Source: Eledone cirrhosa
Lineage: Eukaryota
Assembly (NCBI GenBank): GCA_964016885.1
Contig: OZ024742.1
Location: 326,492,001 to 326,556,000, forward strand
DNA length: 64,000 bases
Reading direction: 5' to 3'
The translations under genes were made by a program, and so were the position numbers. Positions 28,740 through 43,316 of this stretch are shown here, one piece after another (position 1 is the stretch's first letter; every line of letters starts with the position of its first letter). A model generated the notes under the pieces. That model made no database searches and was not told where the DNA came from. It saw nothing but the letters and a program-made list of their open reading frames with translations.

Positions 28740-29010
28740 AGAGGCGCGGGGCCTACTGGTATAGGTGTTGGACTTACAATTATAATGTTGTGGGTTGCCA
28801 TACTTGGGCTGTGTTGTGTGTTGTGTTCTTGAGTGAAACACTTCATTTCACGTTGTTCCAGTATACTCAGCTGAAAACAAGTACCATCAGTAGCTGGGGG
28901 TTTAAACCTGCGATGGACTGGCGTCCTGTCCAGGGGTAGTCTTGTCCTCTCAGTCACTTTACGCCATGAAACCTAACGAGCCTTATGGCTTAAGACAGAC
29001 ATTAGATTTA
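28740..29010 (+). mobile_element. tRNA-headed SINE, Meta-domain-like, longer copy
   Basis: TGTTGTGTTCTTGAGTGAAACACTT...CCTGCGATGGACTGGCGTCCTGTCCAGGGGTAG. Confidence 0.7.
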
Positions 29011-30893
29011 GATCTATTTTATAGGACTTTCTTCGTTAGCAAGCTCTTAATTTCATATTTTCTTTGTTCAACAAGCTTGCAAGAGTCCTGTTCTTGCTTG
29101 TTAAACATCTCATTTTTTCCCATACAGTAGCTTTTTTTCTGGTGAGGTGTGTTTTTACAGATATTGTGTTGCTTACGTTGAAGCTACGATAGTTAGGTTC
29201 ACTGGCAAACAACCGTTTCACTAATTTATGTATTTATGTTTATAATATGAAGATTTATATTTGAATTTTTTTTTTTTTAGCTCTGGCTGAAGTTCTTGTT
29301 CGGATTAGTTTACGAATACAAATTCTTTGTCCCTGATCTGTTTATTTAATCTCTATTTTACATGTTTCTGGTGGTTTGTTAGTGTATTGTTTGTATTATA
29401 TTTCCAAACTCGAGAATTTGTAAAACGTTTCTTTGTAGAAATAAAATTTATTTTTCACTCCGTGGCGTGGTTACTGGTGTTTTTAGAAATAGCAGCCACA
29501 TCTCTAAGCCGATGGAGATCCAATTATTTTACTTATATCATCTGCAAGGTTAACGCCTGTCTTGTATGTATTATACTATTAAAAAGATCCTTCGTTCTTC
29601 CAACATTCTATTTAATCTTAGCCTGAGGTTTATGTTAAAGCTACACGTGCTTCTGGAATACTCAACTACTTACACTCTAATACAAGATGGACTGTATCTG
29701 TAATTTAAGGGGCCGACCTTGTCTCATACCGACTCACACTTATTCCGCCTGAGTATTACGGTAAAGGTACGCGTAAATGTGTTTGTGGAATACCCAGTCA
29801 CTTACGCTCTCAAGCAGAATGCATTGTGTGTGTAATTCAGATGTCTAGGCTGATTACAGTGTCATGGGTATAATGCCTATATTAAATCGAAATAACTATA
29901 TTAAACTAAAGATACCCGTGTCTCTGGAATGTTCCATCACTTACACTTTAATTTCAAGGAATAGGCTGGATCCATCAGCTGGAATACTCACCATCGAGCC
30001 GACAGAGATCCTTTTTTCACTTCATATTATCTTCCAGATTAAACGTCAGTGTGGTGTATATATCATATTATAAAAACAACCATCGTACTTTCATCCAACA
30101 CTCTATTTTAACTCGGTTTATATCTCTATTATTTTCTTTCTTAATGTTCTTCTTTTCGAGCTTCAGATCTCTACTCTTTTCTCTTTCTTTCTTTCGTTCT
30201 AGCTCTCTTTTATTTATTTTTTTTTTGTTTGTTGCTTAACTTCCTTCCTCCTTTATTTCTTCTTGATATCTTGTATCTTCTTTCTTTGCTTATTTTTTTT
30301 CTTTCTCTCATTCCCCCTTTTTGTCATATTTTGTGGTTTCAAGTTCTTTACGTTTTCCTTTCTTGTTATATTTTAGTTCCTTTACTAAAACTTCCATCCT
30401 CTTTTTCCTCTTAATTCCTTGTGTTTTCATTCCTTGCTCACTTATTCGTTTTCTTCTCCCTATTCTTATTAAATTTTCTTCTTTTCTTTTCCACCCTCGT
30501 TTTTATATATTGTTATTCTTACAAAAAAAAAGTCTTCCTGAATTCTTTAACGTTTTCTTTCCTTTCTCGCGTTTCTTTTTCTATTTGTTCCTTTATTTTC
30601 TTTTTTCGTTCCGTTCATCTATACTGGTGTGTATTTTTTTCCTGTTCTTTTTCCTTCTTCCTTATTTCCTCACCTTTGCTTTTCATCTTTCTGTTTATTC
30701 TTTTCTTCCTTCCTATCTTTCTAACCCTTTCTCTTTCCCTAACCCGGCTTATATTCCTTCCCATTGCATCAACCTCCTTATTCACTCAATTTCTTTCCAT
30801 TTCTCTGTTCTTCATTCGCCCTTTCGTTTTTATTCTGTTTTCTTTTTCCTGTTTCATTTCCTTAGATTTCCTTTTTGAGACAACGTATATGTA

Positions 30894-30984
<91 letters not shown>

Positions 30985-31012
30985 GCGATATGTATATACC
31001 ATTTATTTATAC

Positions 31013-31072
<60 letters not shown>

Positions 31073-31138
31073 ACATATATATATGCGATATGTATATGTA
31101 TATATGATAAATATATAAATATATATATATATATATAC

Positions 31139-31205
<67 letters not shown>

Positions 31206-31343
31206 ATATATATATATGTATATATGCGTATGTATATACGATATATATATATATATATATACGTTATTCCGGGTTGAGTCGGAGGTAACCACAGTAAGTA
31301 AGGTACTCAATACATTGCAGAGTATAAAAGTTTTAATATAGAT

Positions 31344-31396
31344 GAGATTCTACAGGACTAGAACTGTTTCATTCTTTAGAAATCATCAGGAATCTC
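31344..31396 (-). ncRNA. Type I hammerhead ribozyme motif, identical inverted copy
   Basis: Exact reverse complement of 31398-31450. Confidence 0.85.
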
Positions 31397-31397
31397 A

Positions 31398-31450
31398 GAG
31401 ATTCCTGATGATTTCTAAAGAATGAAACAGTTCTAGTCCTGTAGAATCTC
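31398..31450 (+). ncRNA. Type I hammerhead ribozyme motif (canonical core)
   Basis: Stem I GAGATTC/GAATCTC; core CTGATGA; stem II T-TTCT-AA-AGAA-T; GAAA; stem III ACAG/CTGT with an 8-nt loop; cleavage triplet GTA. Confidence 0.85.
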
Positions 31451-31464
31451 ATCTATATTAAAAC

Positions 31465-31497
<33 letters not shown>

Positions 31498-31528
31498 ATG
31501 CGATATATATATACGATATATATATATA

Positions 31529-31594
<66 letters not shown>

Positions 31595-31705
31595 GATATA
31601 TATATATACGATGTATATATGTGTGTACATATATGCATGTACCTACATATATATTTACATATATACATTTCGTAACATTCTCTGTTTCTGCCTCGCTCTC
31701 CCCGT

Positions 31706-31796
<91 letters not shown>

Positions 31797-32512
31797 CACT
31801 CTTTTTTTTCTGCTCTATTCTCATTACCCTTTCTATTTCTCTTGAAACCCGACAATCCGACATCTTACTCTATTTATTTATTCCTTTCTTAATGTTCGTT
31901 GGTGTTGCAAAGAAAAAGAAACAAAACCTAAACCAATCAACGTTAAATGTAGCTGAAACCACTCTCTGATCTGCTTCGCTAGCCATTTCAATATATCTTA
32001 TATATTTATAGTTTTTCTTTTCTTATTATTACTAAATCTGACACAATCTATAAGAATCTCTTACGTTTTCTGCAATAGCGATTATCTAACAACTTGTATA
32101 CGTCGTTTTTTTTTCAAAACAATAAAGACTTATAAACACTCAGTTTTCAACTGTAAGAATATGATGTTTCTATTACTAAATAGTAGACAGATGTGAAGTT
32201 GTTGAATAATGAATAAGTATTTGATGTAGTCTGGTTATAAGAAACTCATGCCTAGAAACGTTGGAACTTGGAATGAACCAGCCGTTCTATCATTACATAA
32301 AACACCTAGCATCGCGATACATATCTGGGGTGACCGTCTCAACAGAGCAGGACTTAGGGGTCACCTCAAACGCCAAGCGTTTTACGTCTTGCATGTAGTC
32401 GTGAGCAGATAAAGTAACATTACGGTCTCACGCCTCACCCAACTCGTCCTGCACAGTAGTTAATATTGTGAAACACTCAGCATAGACAGCTATATTTATA
32501 TATATATATATA

Positions 32513-32625
<113 letters not shown>

Positions 32626-34157
32626 CCTGAACTCCCCACCCTTATTCCTTTAGCATTCGACCGCCCTGTACCCCCCCCCCCCCACCGACACGCACACATA
32701 TCCCCCACTAACACCACTGACACACTCCTCCGTTTCACCGCCCACCCCCTAGGCCCACCCCACAACTAACAATATAAACACCCCCACCTCACCCCCGGCC
32801 ACCCTCCCCCAACTAAAAATACTAACATCCCCACCTATCCCCCTATCACCCACACACCCACCTGTACATATATACACGCACTCACACTATCCACTAACCC
32901 TCACCCACACATCCACTCCAACCACCCCACAACTAATACCACTAACATCCCCCGACGCACACCCACACCGACTTACACCACCCACTCTACACATCCTACG
33001 ACCACTGACCCCCACTAACACACCCGCATTCAACCATTTCCCCACCACCAGTATACTAACACCCACTAACACCCCCTTCACCACACACACACTCATCCAA
33101 ACACGCATACACACACCCGTACACTACACTGCCTCCACCATCCGCCACACCTTTTCTCTCCCTCTCCCCGCCCCACCCACACCCATTCACACACACACAC
33201 ACATCCAACTAACACCTCTACTAATACACACCCCATCCCCCCCACATGACCCCCTCCCCACTCGACCTTTCCCACCTACCCATTCTCTCCCCTGTCCACA
33301 GCACCTCCGCACCCACTAACACACTGACCGCCCCACCTGCCATTCTCCTCTACTGCTGCTATGCCTTCTCCTGTCTTGACCCTCTGACCACTTCTCCGCT
33401 CACACAGATACACAGTCCTATCCACCTGTCATTCTCCTCTACCTTCTTTCTGCCTTGACCCTCTGACCACTTCGTGTTGCGCGCGCACCCCACATCTCCC
33501 CTCTTCCGACCACCACAACCAACGGATTACACACCATCGACCATCGTTTCCACTATCCACTCCATAACATGGAAAATATCCGACAACCCTTCACATCCTC
33601 TACGGAACTACCTTAGGAACTTACCCACGGACATACACTCACAATTTTTTTGCGAACCACGCCACCTATATCCACAAAACGTATAAACACCAACACACAC
33701 GTGCGTACCCCCACATATATACACACTCAGCCTCCGGAATCCTCCCCCTCCCCATCCACACACACACACACACACTGACCTAGACCCACCCCACCCCACC
33801 CCACACACACACTGACCTACACCGCACCCCACACACACACCTTTTCCTGAACATGGAACCTCGTTCTTCCCCCAACTCTCACATTCACATACACACACAC
33901 ACACATACAACTACACACATACACAAACACCACCTTCAGCCCTCCCCGCTCGGATACCCCGCCTCCCCCTCCCTACTCCACCCGCCACCACCCCTACACG
34001 CCCCGCACCCTTCGACCACTTGTTTATCTTCATGTTTATTTTTATTTTTATTTGTACCCCTTCCACCGTTTTTCCTCCCTTTCCTCCCCTCCCCCTTTTT
34101 CTAAATGTCTCTCCACCACTCCCCCACACCCCCTCGGAACTCTCTTCCCACCCACTT

Positions 34158-34195
34158 TTCTCCTGAAGAAGGGCTTATGTTCGAAACGTCGTCCC
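34158..34195 (+). ncRNA. Minimal hammerhead core with weak stem I
   Basis: CTGAAGA-A-GGGC-TTAT-GTTC-GAA-ACGT-C; downstream agcgtgaaactaata is shared with the 10610-10810 element. Confidence 0.6.
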
Positions 34196-34270
34196 CTCCC
34201 CACTCTCAAAAGCGTGAAACTAATAAACCTTTGATTGTACTGCCTCTTTGTTTTGTTCCCGTTCCATTTT

Positions 34271-34329
<59 letters not shown>

Positions 34330-34564
34330 ATGTAGAGGAGATATTTAATTTGTTGGAAATGCAACAAATATAGATGTTTATAACTGATTCAGAGCACTCG
34401 ACAAGATTTCTGGAGTAAGTATTTATTCAATGATATTAAATAAATGGAAACTATATTTATAAAACCATATTTATTCTATTATATATATATCAAGGGTACC
34501 AAAAATTTTGGTACGCTATCATCAGATAAATTTGGTCATGCCAAATATTTATAAAACATTTGGG

Positions 34565-34624
34565 ATTTTATCTGATGATAACGTACCAAAATTTTTGGTA
34601 CCCTTGAAATATATATAATAGAAT
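34565..34624 (+). ncRNA. Hammerhead motif in a fold-back element
   Basis: ATTTTAT-CTGATGA-taac-GTACCAAA-att-TTTGGTAC-cctt-GAA-ATATATAT-A-ATAGAAT; the inverted copy at about 34474-34530 has GAAA changed to GATA. Confidence 0.65.
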
Positions 34625-34725
34625 AAATATGGTTTTATAAATATAGTTTCCATTTATTTAATATCATTGTATATATATATATATATATATATATTTGTGT
34701 ATATATATATGTATATTTATATATG

Positions 34726-34767
<42 letters not shown>

Positions 34768-34800
34768 CATATATAAATATACATATATATATATATACAC

Positions 34801-34860
<60 letters not shown>

Positions 34861-34879
34861 GTGTATATATATATATATG

Positions 34880-34959
<80 letters not shown>

Positions 34960-35027
34960 TATATTTATATATATATTTATGTGTATATATATATATGTAT
35001 ATATATATATGTATGTATATATATATT

Positions 35028-35075
<48 letters not shown>

Positions 35076-35109
35076 AATATATATATATATATGTATGTAT
35101 ATATATATT

Positions 35110-35191
<82 letters not shown>

Positions 35192-35204
35192 TACCGAGAT
35201 AGAT

Positions 35205-35249
<45 letters not shown>

Positions 35250-36787
35250 TAGTTGGAGAGAATGAGTGTGAGATAATGGGATTGCGCCAGTACTAATTTC
35301 GTAGCATGTACGACGCATGTATTAGAAGAACTAACAAGCGTTTTAATACGAGTAACAAATGGCTCTTGGTTGTAAACATTTGATCCAGGTCTGTATCTAA
35401 GGATACTTTCTACCACTTTCGGAGACCTTTAATAAGGTCATGGGTACAGACTTTCTTTCTGACTAAACAGTAAAAAAAAAATGTGTCCGAGGAATATGGG
35501 CGTCGTTGTATTCTAGGAAAATCAGCTAATAAGGATAGAGAGACGCCAGAAGAAGAGACAACCCTGAGATCCAGGAGCAATTTAGCAATATGCAACGCTC
35601 TGAAAACTACAAATTCACTGTTTTGTAAAGTGAGTAGTGCATTCAAAACAGTGACTCATATGATCTAATAGTCTTCATATTTGCCCATTCCGTCTCCAGC
35701 ATGTTTCATTGGTTCCTTGAATTTAGATATCAATAAATTAGAAATTCTCACTTTAATGCTACATTACTAGATACAGCAGAATTAAAATAGAATACATTAG
35801 AAATTTACATTGCATTCCATTACATATTTGCATAATAATTAATTTTGGTTGTATATTTTAATTAAATTATTTATTTATTTTTTCACAGAGAGAAACTAAA
35901 CAGAATTAGTTCCTAAAATGTTATCCGTGTATTTGAATATAAATTAGCTATAACGAGTTGTTTTATGTAGTCAAGAATATATTTTTGAATGCCTTGATAG
36001 CACGGATCACCGAGACAGAGATCCGTTTTCTACCAGCAGTACTGTATTTTACACACATCTTTAGCTATCGTAATATGGCAGTGTTCTCTTCTGGTGTAAG
36101 CATTGTAAAACTAATGAGTGTTTCGCAAGTTAAAAAATAGGGCTCAAATCTTATCTCCATTTGAGGAAATAAGACTCTAGTCCTTCTTAAAATGTTAGCT
36201 TGTCATAGGTCAAAGCAACTTACATGATGTTACAGAAAGCAAATTTTACCAAAATACGTTTTGTAGCTTCTCTTCTCCACCCCTTAATAGAGGCCCGTTA
36301 ATTATACCATTTATCAGTCCGGTATCTTTGCCATAGAAAAACCAGTGCTAGAGTACGAATTGTAGACCATTTATTCGACATTTCACTTCACAGTTTTCAC
36401 AGACGTAAAAATATTAAACCTCAACACTAATAATGTTCCTTTATGTATATCAGGTTTTATGTCGTGAAATGTCCTAATGAGTCAATCGTTCGGTTGGATG
36501 ATCAGTGTTCTAGTTGTTCGGTCAACATAAAAACCTACTCATGAAATTAATGCATAAGTGACTGAGCATTCCACAGACACCCGTACCCTTAACGTAATTA
36601 TCATGGAGATTTAAAGTAACCATGTGTGTGACAAGGCTGGCCCTTTGAATTACAGACACCTTCCATCCATCGGATTTCCATTTAGTTTCAGTTTACCCAA
36701 ATTCACTCGTAACGTATGGGGTAAAGCAAAGCCACTGTAAATGAAACTTGTACAATAGGCCACGCAGTGATATCGAACCCAAGACAT

Positions 36788-36928
36788 AATTGTTTCTACG
36801 TTTGGCACAAGGCCAGCAATTACTCAGTGCATTACTGGTACTTTATTTTATCCACCCCGTAAGGATGAAAGGCAAAGTTAACCTCGGCGGGATTTGAACT
36901 CAGAATGGCAAAGGCCGTAACTCTATGC
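36788..36928 (-). mobile_element. 5'-truncated Nin/Deu-core SINE inserted in the head of an older SINE (36500-36970)
   Basis: TSD gacataat at 36783-36790 and 36929-36936; the flanks rejoin into a tRNA-like head; the older SINE tail recurs near 10820-10990 and 29620-30010. Confidence 0.8.
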
Positions 36929-37879
36929 GACATAATGATTGCGGAGAAGATTTCTTAACCAATCGGTCATGGTATGTCTATAGAGAACCAATAGGCATTG
37001 TACTACCTACTCATGAGATTTTTTTTAGCTTACAAATTATAGTTATTTTCTCAACCAAGCTTCCTACACCTTCCTATAAATGTATTTCCTTGACGCTCTC
37101 GACATTTCGAATCTTCGAGCTTCACACACGACGTTTGTTTATATTTTATAAAAGCTGTTTGATTTAACTCCTTAATTTAGACGGTAAAATGTTTCCAGGT
37201 GTCCCTTAACTCAATGGTTAGAACTCCTAGTCAGTATCTGAGAGATACAGAGTTTGATACTTTGTAGCGGCCACCACAAAACATATTGGCCGTCTCTAAG
37301 GGTCTTTACTCGATTTTTATAAGATATTTTATAGAAATTGAATGTAATTGCAGCTATCTTTTGCACTCAAGCTTCCTACATCTTATACATTTTAAAACGT
37401 TTGAAGGAGTTGTGCATATAAAATAAAAACATTGATATGACAAGCCAAAAAAACCTAAAATTTATTTGCAGATCTCAAGGGACCGCGGACCCCAGAGTGG
37501 CAGCTGCTGGATTTTCCCTTTGTAACATCGTATTTTCTAAAAGAATTACATTTTGCTTTTCCATTTTGCTTTTTTTTTTTCGAAAAATTTGATATTTAAT
37601 TAAATAGAAATCAAATTAATTAATTCTAAAATAGATTGCCCAAAAAACTTGTTTAACGGTTTCTGTGTTGTTTTCTTTTCTTTTTTTTTTTCTGCTTTCA
37701 ATCTTTTCTAGTTAATTTGATATTTTTTTAATTTTGGAACTAGTATTAATCACCCAGATCACTTTATGATGTTAACATTCGGCCTTTCCTATATTTGGAG
37801 AATTAAATGATAAAAACATGCGAAGGCCCTATGTCAGGGGTCTCCAACATAGTCGATATCGCCTCGTAATTATATATAT

Positions 37880-38185
37880 TAGTGGCGAATTGGCAGAGTT
37901 GTTAGCATGTCGGATAGAATGCTTAATAGTATTCGTTCCGGCTCTTTGCTCTCTGAGTTCAAATCCCGTCGAGGCAAACTTTGCCTTTCATCCTTTCGAG
38001 ATCAATAAAAGAAAGTACCAGTCTAGTACTGAGGTCGATTCTTTCTCACTTTCTATCTTTCTCTGGAAGAAATCTGTTGTACTCTGTCCTGGAGAGGGAT
38101 GGACTACGCCAGGTTTAAAATGTTCAAGAAACACTATGTCAGTACGGTGCCCCTACGACTCTATCAGAAGTTACGGAACCATGAA
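37880..38185 (+). mobile_element. Nin/Deu-core SINE, long-tail subfamily
   Basis: Same head, core and tail as 21860-22190. Confidence 0.8.
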
Positions 38186-38205
38186 TATATATATATATTA
38201 TAAGG

Positions 38206-38290
38206 GGTCTGACGAGCCGTGGATTACAGAGTCGGGCTGGATCGATACACATCAGACCTTGAGCTGATCAGTGGCGAAACAGGCGTTACC
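38206..38290 (+). ncRNA. Second copy of the extended-stem-II hammerhead
   Basis: GGT-CTGACGA-GCC...GGC-GAAAC-AGGC-GTT-ACC; element 38198-38445 is the homologue of 14801-15045. Confidence 0.72.
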
Positions 38291-38441
38291 AACCAATAAA
38301 CGTAATGAAGGAGTAACCACTCGTCCTTGTTTTATTTTACTATAATACACTCTGTCTAGCTCTACACCTCGACACAGACGTGAACCTAAACATAGAGTGC
38401 TCACCCGGGTGTACCTACAGTAACTCCAAGTTACACTCCCT

Positions 38442-38544
<103 letters not shown>

Positions 38545-38920
38545 TGTGTGTGTGTTTGTGTTGCTGTTGTTGATAGTTTGGTTTGTTATTTATTACCATC
38601 CTTCGGATAATTTTAAATTAATTTTATACATTTTAATGAGTTAGACGCATTTAACACTACAGAACCGTTTGATAAATACGTATATTTGTTAAACCCAAGC
38701 ATGTTGTGTTGATTGTCTTTTTCATTTGCTTCTACACACAGGTGGATATATTTATATATTGAATGGCCAACGACTCGCTTGATGCTTGATAAATAAGTCT
38801 ATCGCTGACAAATATGTTTCTATCAGGGGTTCTGTGCCCTGCAGTGGCTTTTAAAACCTGCTAAGGGCTTGTGTAATTTGTGGCATTAAGTGCAATATAT
38901 ATACACACATATACATATAC

Positions 38921-39018
<98 letters not shown>

Positions 39019-39415
39019 GTAAGTATGTATACGTACAAACATATATGTATACAGACGTACAGTAGTATGTATATATATACATACATGCACACATATATAT
39101 GTACGTATGGGTTTGCCGAACATTTATTATAATGTTTGGTTTGTTTGTAAACAAACAGCCCGAATTACGCCGTACAGTGTTCGGCAACCATCGTCGCCTT
39201 TTTTTTTTTTTTGCCGAACACTGTACGGAGTAATTCGGGCTGTTTGTTTACAAACAAACCGAACATTATAATAAATGTTCGGTAAACCCATACGTACATA
39301 TATATGTGTGCATATACATACTACTGTACGTATGTATACATATATGTATGTACGTATACATACTTACATTTAAGTATCAGCCGTACTATGAGTGAGAAAT
39401 GAAATTTCGTTTCAT

Positions 39416-39511
<96 letters not shown>

Positions 39512-40184
39512 CATACATACATATGATATGATATGATAGGGAACGTATTCTTGTTTAAAGTGAAAATAATCTCTAAAATACAAACATAAGAATAATCTCT
39601 TGAGTTTTCTGTGTAAATAATTACATAAAAATTGTTTTTACTTTTAGCACAAGACCAGCAATTACCCTAGTACATTACTGGTGCTTTATAATAGTTGGAA
39701 ATGTTTACACTTCACAATTCTTTCATTTCACAGTTAAGGGGTCTAATTCGAAACGGTAGAAATAATCTACATTAATTTTACCCTAAATATTCAATAGGTA
39801 TCATGCTCTAATATAGATATTTAATATACGTGGAAGCTACGAAAAGATTTAATAACAACTCCTAGCTGTTTTACAGCTTTGTTTCCTATTTTCTTTTTCT
39901 TTTTCTTATGCATAATCTGCTTCCCATTGGCCTTCAATATTTGAAATGTTATTTCTATTTTATTTTTCCCTTTTTTTCATTTTTTTATAACTTGTCTCAC
40001 AAGCTCTTTTTGGTTAACAACTGTAAGGAGTACTCGATACTTCACCTAGTCTGCCATGGCTTACTAGCTCTATACTGATATTTAAATCGAATAAATAAAT
40101 ATATAACTAAATAAATAATCATATTTATATATAATTATATTGTTTTACTTTTTCAGATTTTACATTTATCCATCAAAACAAAAA

Positions 40185-40295
40185 ATGGGAAACAGACATT
40201 CAAAAAAGAAATTGACGAAGGAGGATATGCAATTCCTTACAAAGCACACTCATTTCAGCGAATCACAAATCAAAATATGGTACCAAGGTTTTATG
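40185..40295 (+). CDS. Neuronal calcium sensor (NCS-2/neurocalcin-like), coding exon 1 (MGNRHSKKKLTKEDMQFLTKHTHFSESQIKIWYQGFM)
   Basis: MGxxxS N-myristoylation motif and NCS-family N-terminus (W-Y-x-G-F); acceptor tttttcag at 40156 upstream of the ATG, donor GTGAGT at 40296, phase 0. Confidence 0.95.
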
Positions 40296-41703
40296 GTGAG
40301 TAAAGGCATTTTCGTTTATGTGAACGATCCTCCTTTGGCCCTTTCACATAGCGGATTCAGGGAGAGAATTGGGTGAGAGTGATTGAAACCGGCTCCAGTA
40401 CTTGAATGACATTTTCATTCGAAAGGATAAAAGGCAAAGTTGGTGTCGGCGAGTTTAGAATTTGTGTGCAGTGGGTGGAATGATATGGCAAAACGACGCT
40501 GCCGATTCAATAATGTATGTCCTACATTAATTATCGGTAAATATGGAGTTGACAAAACAGTTTAGTGATAACGAAGTTAAAATTTAATGCAAGTAGGACC
40601 GGTGTCAAATTATTCAGGGCCCTAGGCAAACCCAACAACGTGCATATCCTCTCAGTTGTGACTGTTTAGTGAGCCATTGTAGCTCCCCAAGATTTTAGAC
40701 AATTGTCTAGTTTTTCCTACTACTTGCGAGTTTAAACGGCACGAAAAAGAATGTCTTTTCTCTCCGCAATTGCCGTATAAATAAAATTATTTCAATATGA
40801 AAACCCTGTGTCATTATAGAGTCACCGTTGCGTGGTGGATTAGCAGAATAGTCAGATTGTTTTGCGGCATTTCTTTCTGTTTAGGCTCTAAATTCAAATT
40901 CCGGTCGAGGTCAACTTTGTCTGTAATACTTCCGATGTCGACAAAATAAAGTACGAGTCAAGAATTGGGGTTCATTTAATCGACATTCTGCTCCCCCAAA
41001 ATTAGAAACCATTATATATGCACATATGTACGTATGGGTTATAACAGACATTAATAATAATGTTCGATTCGTTTATAAACAATCGGCCCGAATTGAGGCT
41101 GTGCCATGCCGGTGACCGATCGTCAGTACAGTTATATATTTGAATAACTTCAATTCTATATAAAGTAGAATTAATCTGTGAAAATAAGTGTGGAGGTATC
41201 TGATAGGTTCTTTAAAAGATTTTATGTTTATATTGTTAATTTGCAATATTTTCAAAGTCAATATAATATAATATAATAATACAAACTGTGATGTGATGCG
41301 ATTTCATTTTCAGTCATACAGTGAATCACATTAGCTGTCACAGCACGCAAATCATCTACAAAGCGAAGTTTTGATAAATAATCAGTAGTCTTTAGATGTC
41401 TATATAAAATAAATTTGAAGCAATTATTAAACTTTTTTTGAATTTAATAAGCAATTATAATAAATTGTGTGCCTGGCGACGAGCAAATTAATAGATCAAA
41501 CTTCTAAATATCCATTACAGTTTAATTATATCAGATAAAAAACTAGAATTATAAACATTTTATATTTAAAATGGCAAAACTAGATAATGACCTTACATGT
41601 GTTTGTTGAAAGGGTAAGGGAGAGTCAAGTATAATATATAAATTAGAATTTTATTTCTCGCCCTAGCACAGATGATACATAAATGTAAGTATGCACACGT
41701 ACA

Positions 41704-41752
<49 letters not shown>

Positions 41753-41939
41753 CGAAGGAGGTGTGGTAAGGAACCAGATGGACCGTAATGCACCAGAGTA
41801 CTCAATACTTAGGGTAGTAAAGTGGGTAATAGGAAAATGTTTAACCCCGACGGCAGAGCTCAAACCGTTTCGACGGCTATTTCTGGACTCAGAAATAGCC
41901 GTCGAAACGGCTTGAGCTCTGCCGTTGGGGTTAAACATT

Positions 41940-42042
<103 letters not shown>

Positions 42043-42070
42043 ATATATGTGTGTATATATATATATGTGC

Positions 42071-42102
<32 letters not shown>

Positions 42103-42346
42103 GCACATATGTACGTATGGTTATAACAGACATTAATAATAATGTTCGATTCGTTTATAAACAATCGGCCCGAATTGAGTCTGTGCCATGCCGGTGACCG
42201 ATCGTCACCTGTTTGTTCAACACTAACGTTTTCATACTTGGCAAGGCAAGCCGTAACTCGCTCGGTATGGAAATGAGCTACTCAGTCGATGTGTACTTAA
42301 GAAAATACGATATATTTTCAACCGTTCAACGGACTGGCAAAGGTAT

Positions 42347-42390
42347 GCAGTCCCTGATGAAGGGTAATGAGCCAGAAACATGTTGATTGT
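42347..42390 (+). ncRNA. Hammerhead motif
   Basis: GCAGTCc-CTGATGA-agggtaatgagcca-GAA-ACATGT-T-GATTGT; palindromic ACATGT stem III, weak stem II. Confidence 0.62.
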
Positions 42391-43216
42391 TCCTCAAAGC
42401 CAGTGTTGAACAAACAGGTGACTAGTCTACCGTTTCGGACGTTAGTCCTTGGCCAGAAGATAGAATAAGGAATAAAAGAAGATATAGAAAGAAGAGGAAG
42501 AAGACTAAAAAGGTTTTAGGAGAGGGTTCTCTTTTTTGTCAAATCAGCCGTTTTGGAGACATGCGTATAGATATGTCTATATATATATATAAAACCTGTC
42601 AAAGGGCAAAGGAGCTCTTAAGAGTCAATGGCCATCCAAAATCACTGGGAGAGATGACTCCTTAGCCTTTGTCAATGCAGAATTCTAGGAGAAGGAAAAC
42701 TCTGATATAACACCTGCAACCCTGATGATATCCAGTAATCTTGACTTGTTCTTCTTTTTGGTAAATATCATCTTGGTTAAGAGAGTGGGACTGGCTTTGT
42801 GCAGTGCCTTTGCTCACTATAAAAGCTTCACGGCACAGGCATTGCTTTATATATGGAGATCTCTCTGCACTTGTCGTCACATGGTACCATGGGCCCAGCA
42901 CTATGTGTCAATATTTGTCACAAGTGTAGTGTTTGTACCAGAGTTTTCAAGTCGCTGGCTGGACTAAAAAGTCACACTCGTTCAGCGCATCGGTAGGGGT
43001 CTCCTACATGGATATAAAGTAGTGGCCGTACTCGAAAACGAGTTGGCAGCCACCATATATATATATGTATAATTTAAAAGATTGTTTAATGTTTGCTTGT
43101 TCCACTCATCTCATTTATAGTTCTGGTATCTCAAATTAGTACCATTGAACAACAAATGTATTATAGACACCCTATATATTTACGTAGGTACTTAGTACCT
43201 GTGGGGATATTAATCT

Positions 43217-43316
<100 letters not shown>

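Noticed and set aside
30051-30880. Phe/Leu/Ser-rich ORFs resembling membrane proteins
   Set aside because: Polypyrimidine low-complexity DNA that lacks stops by composition.
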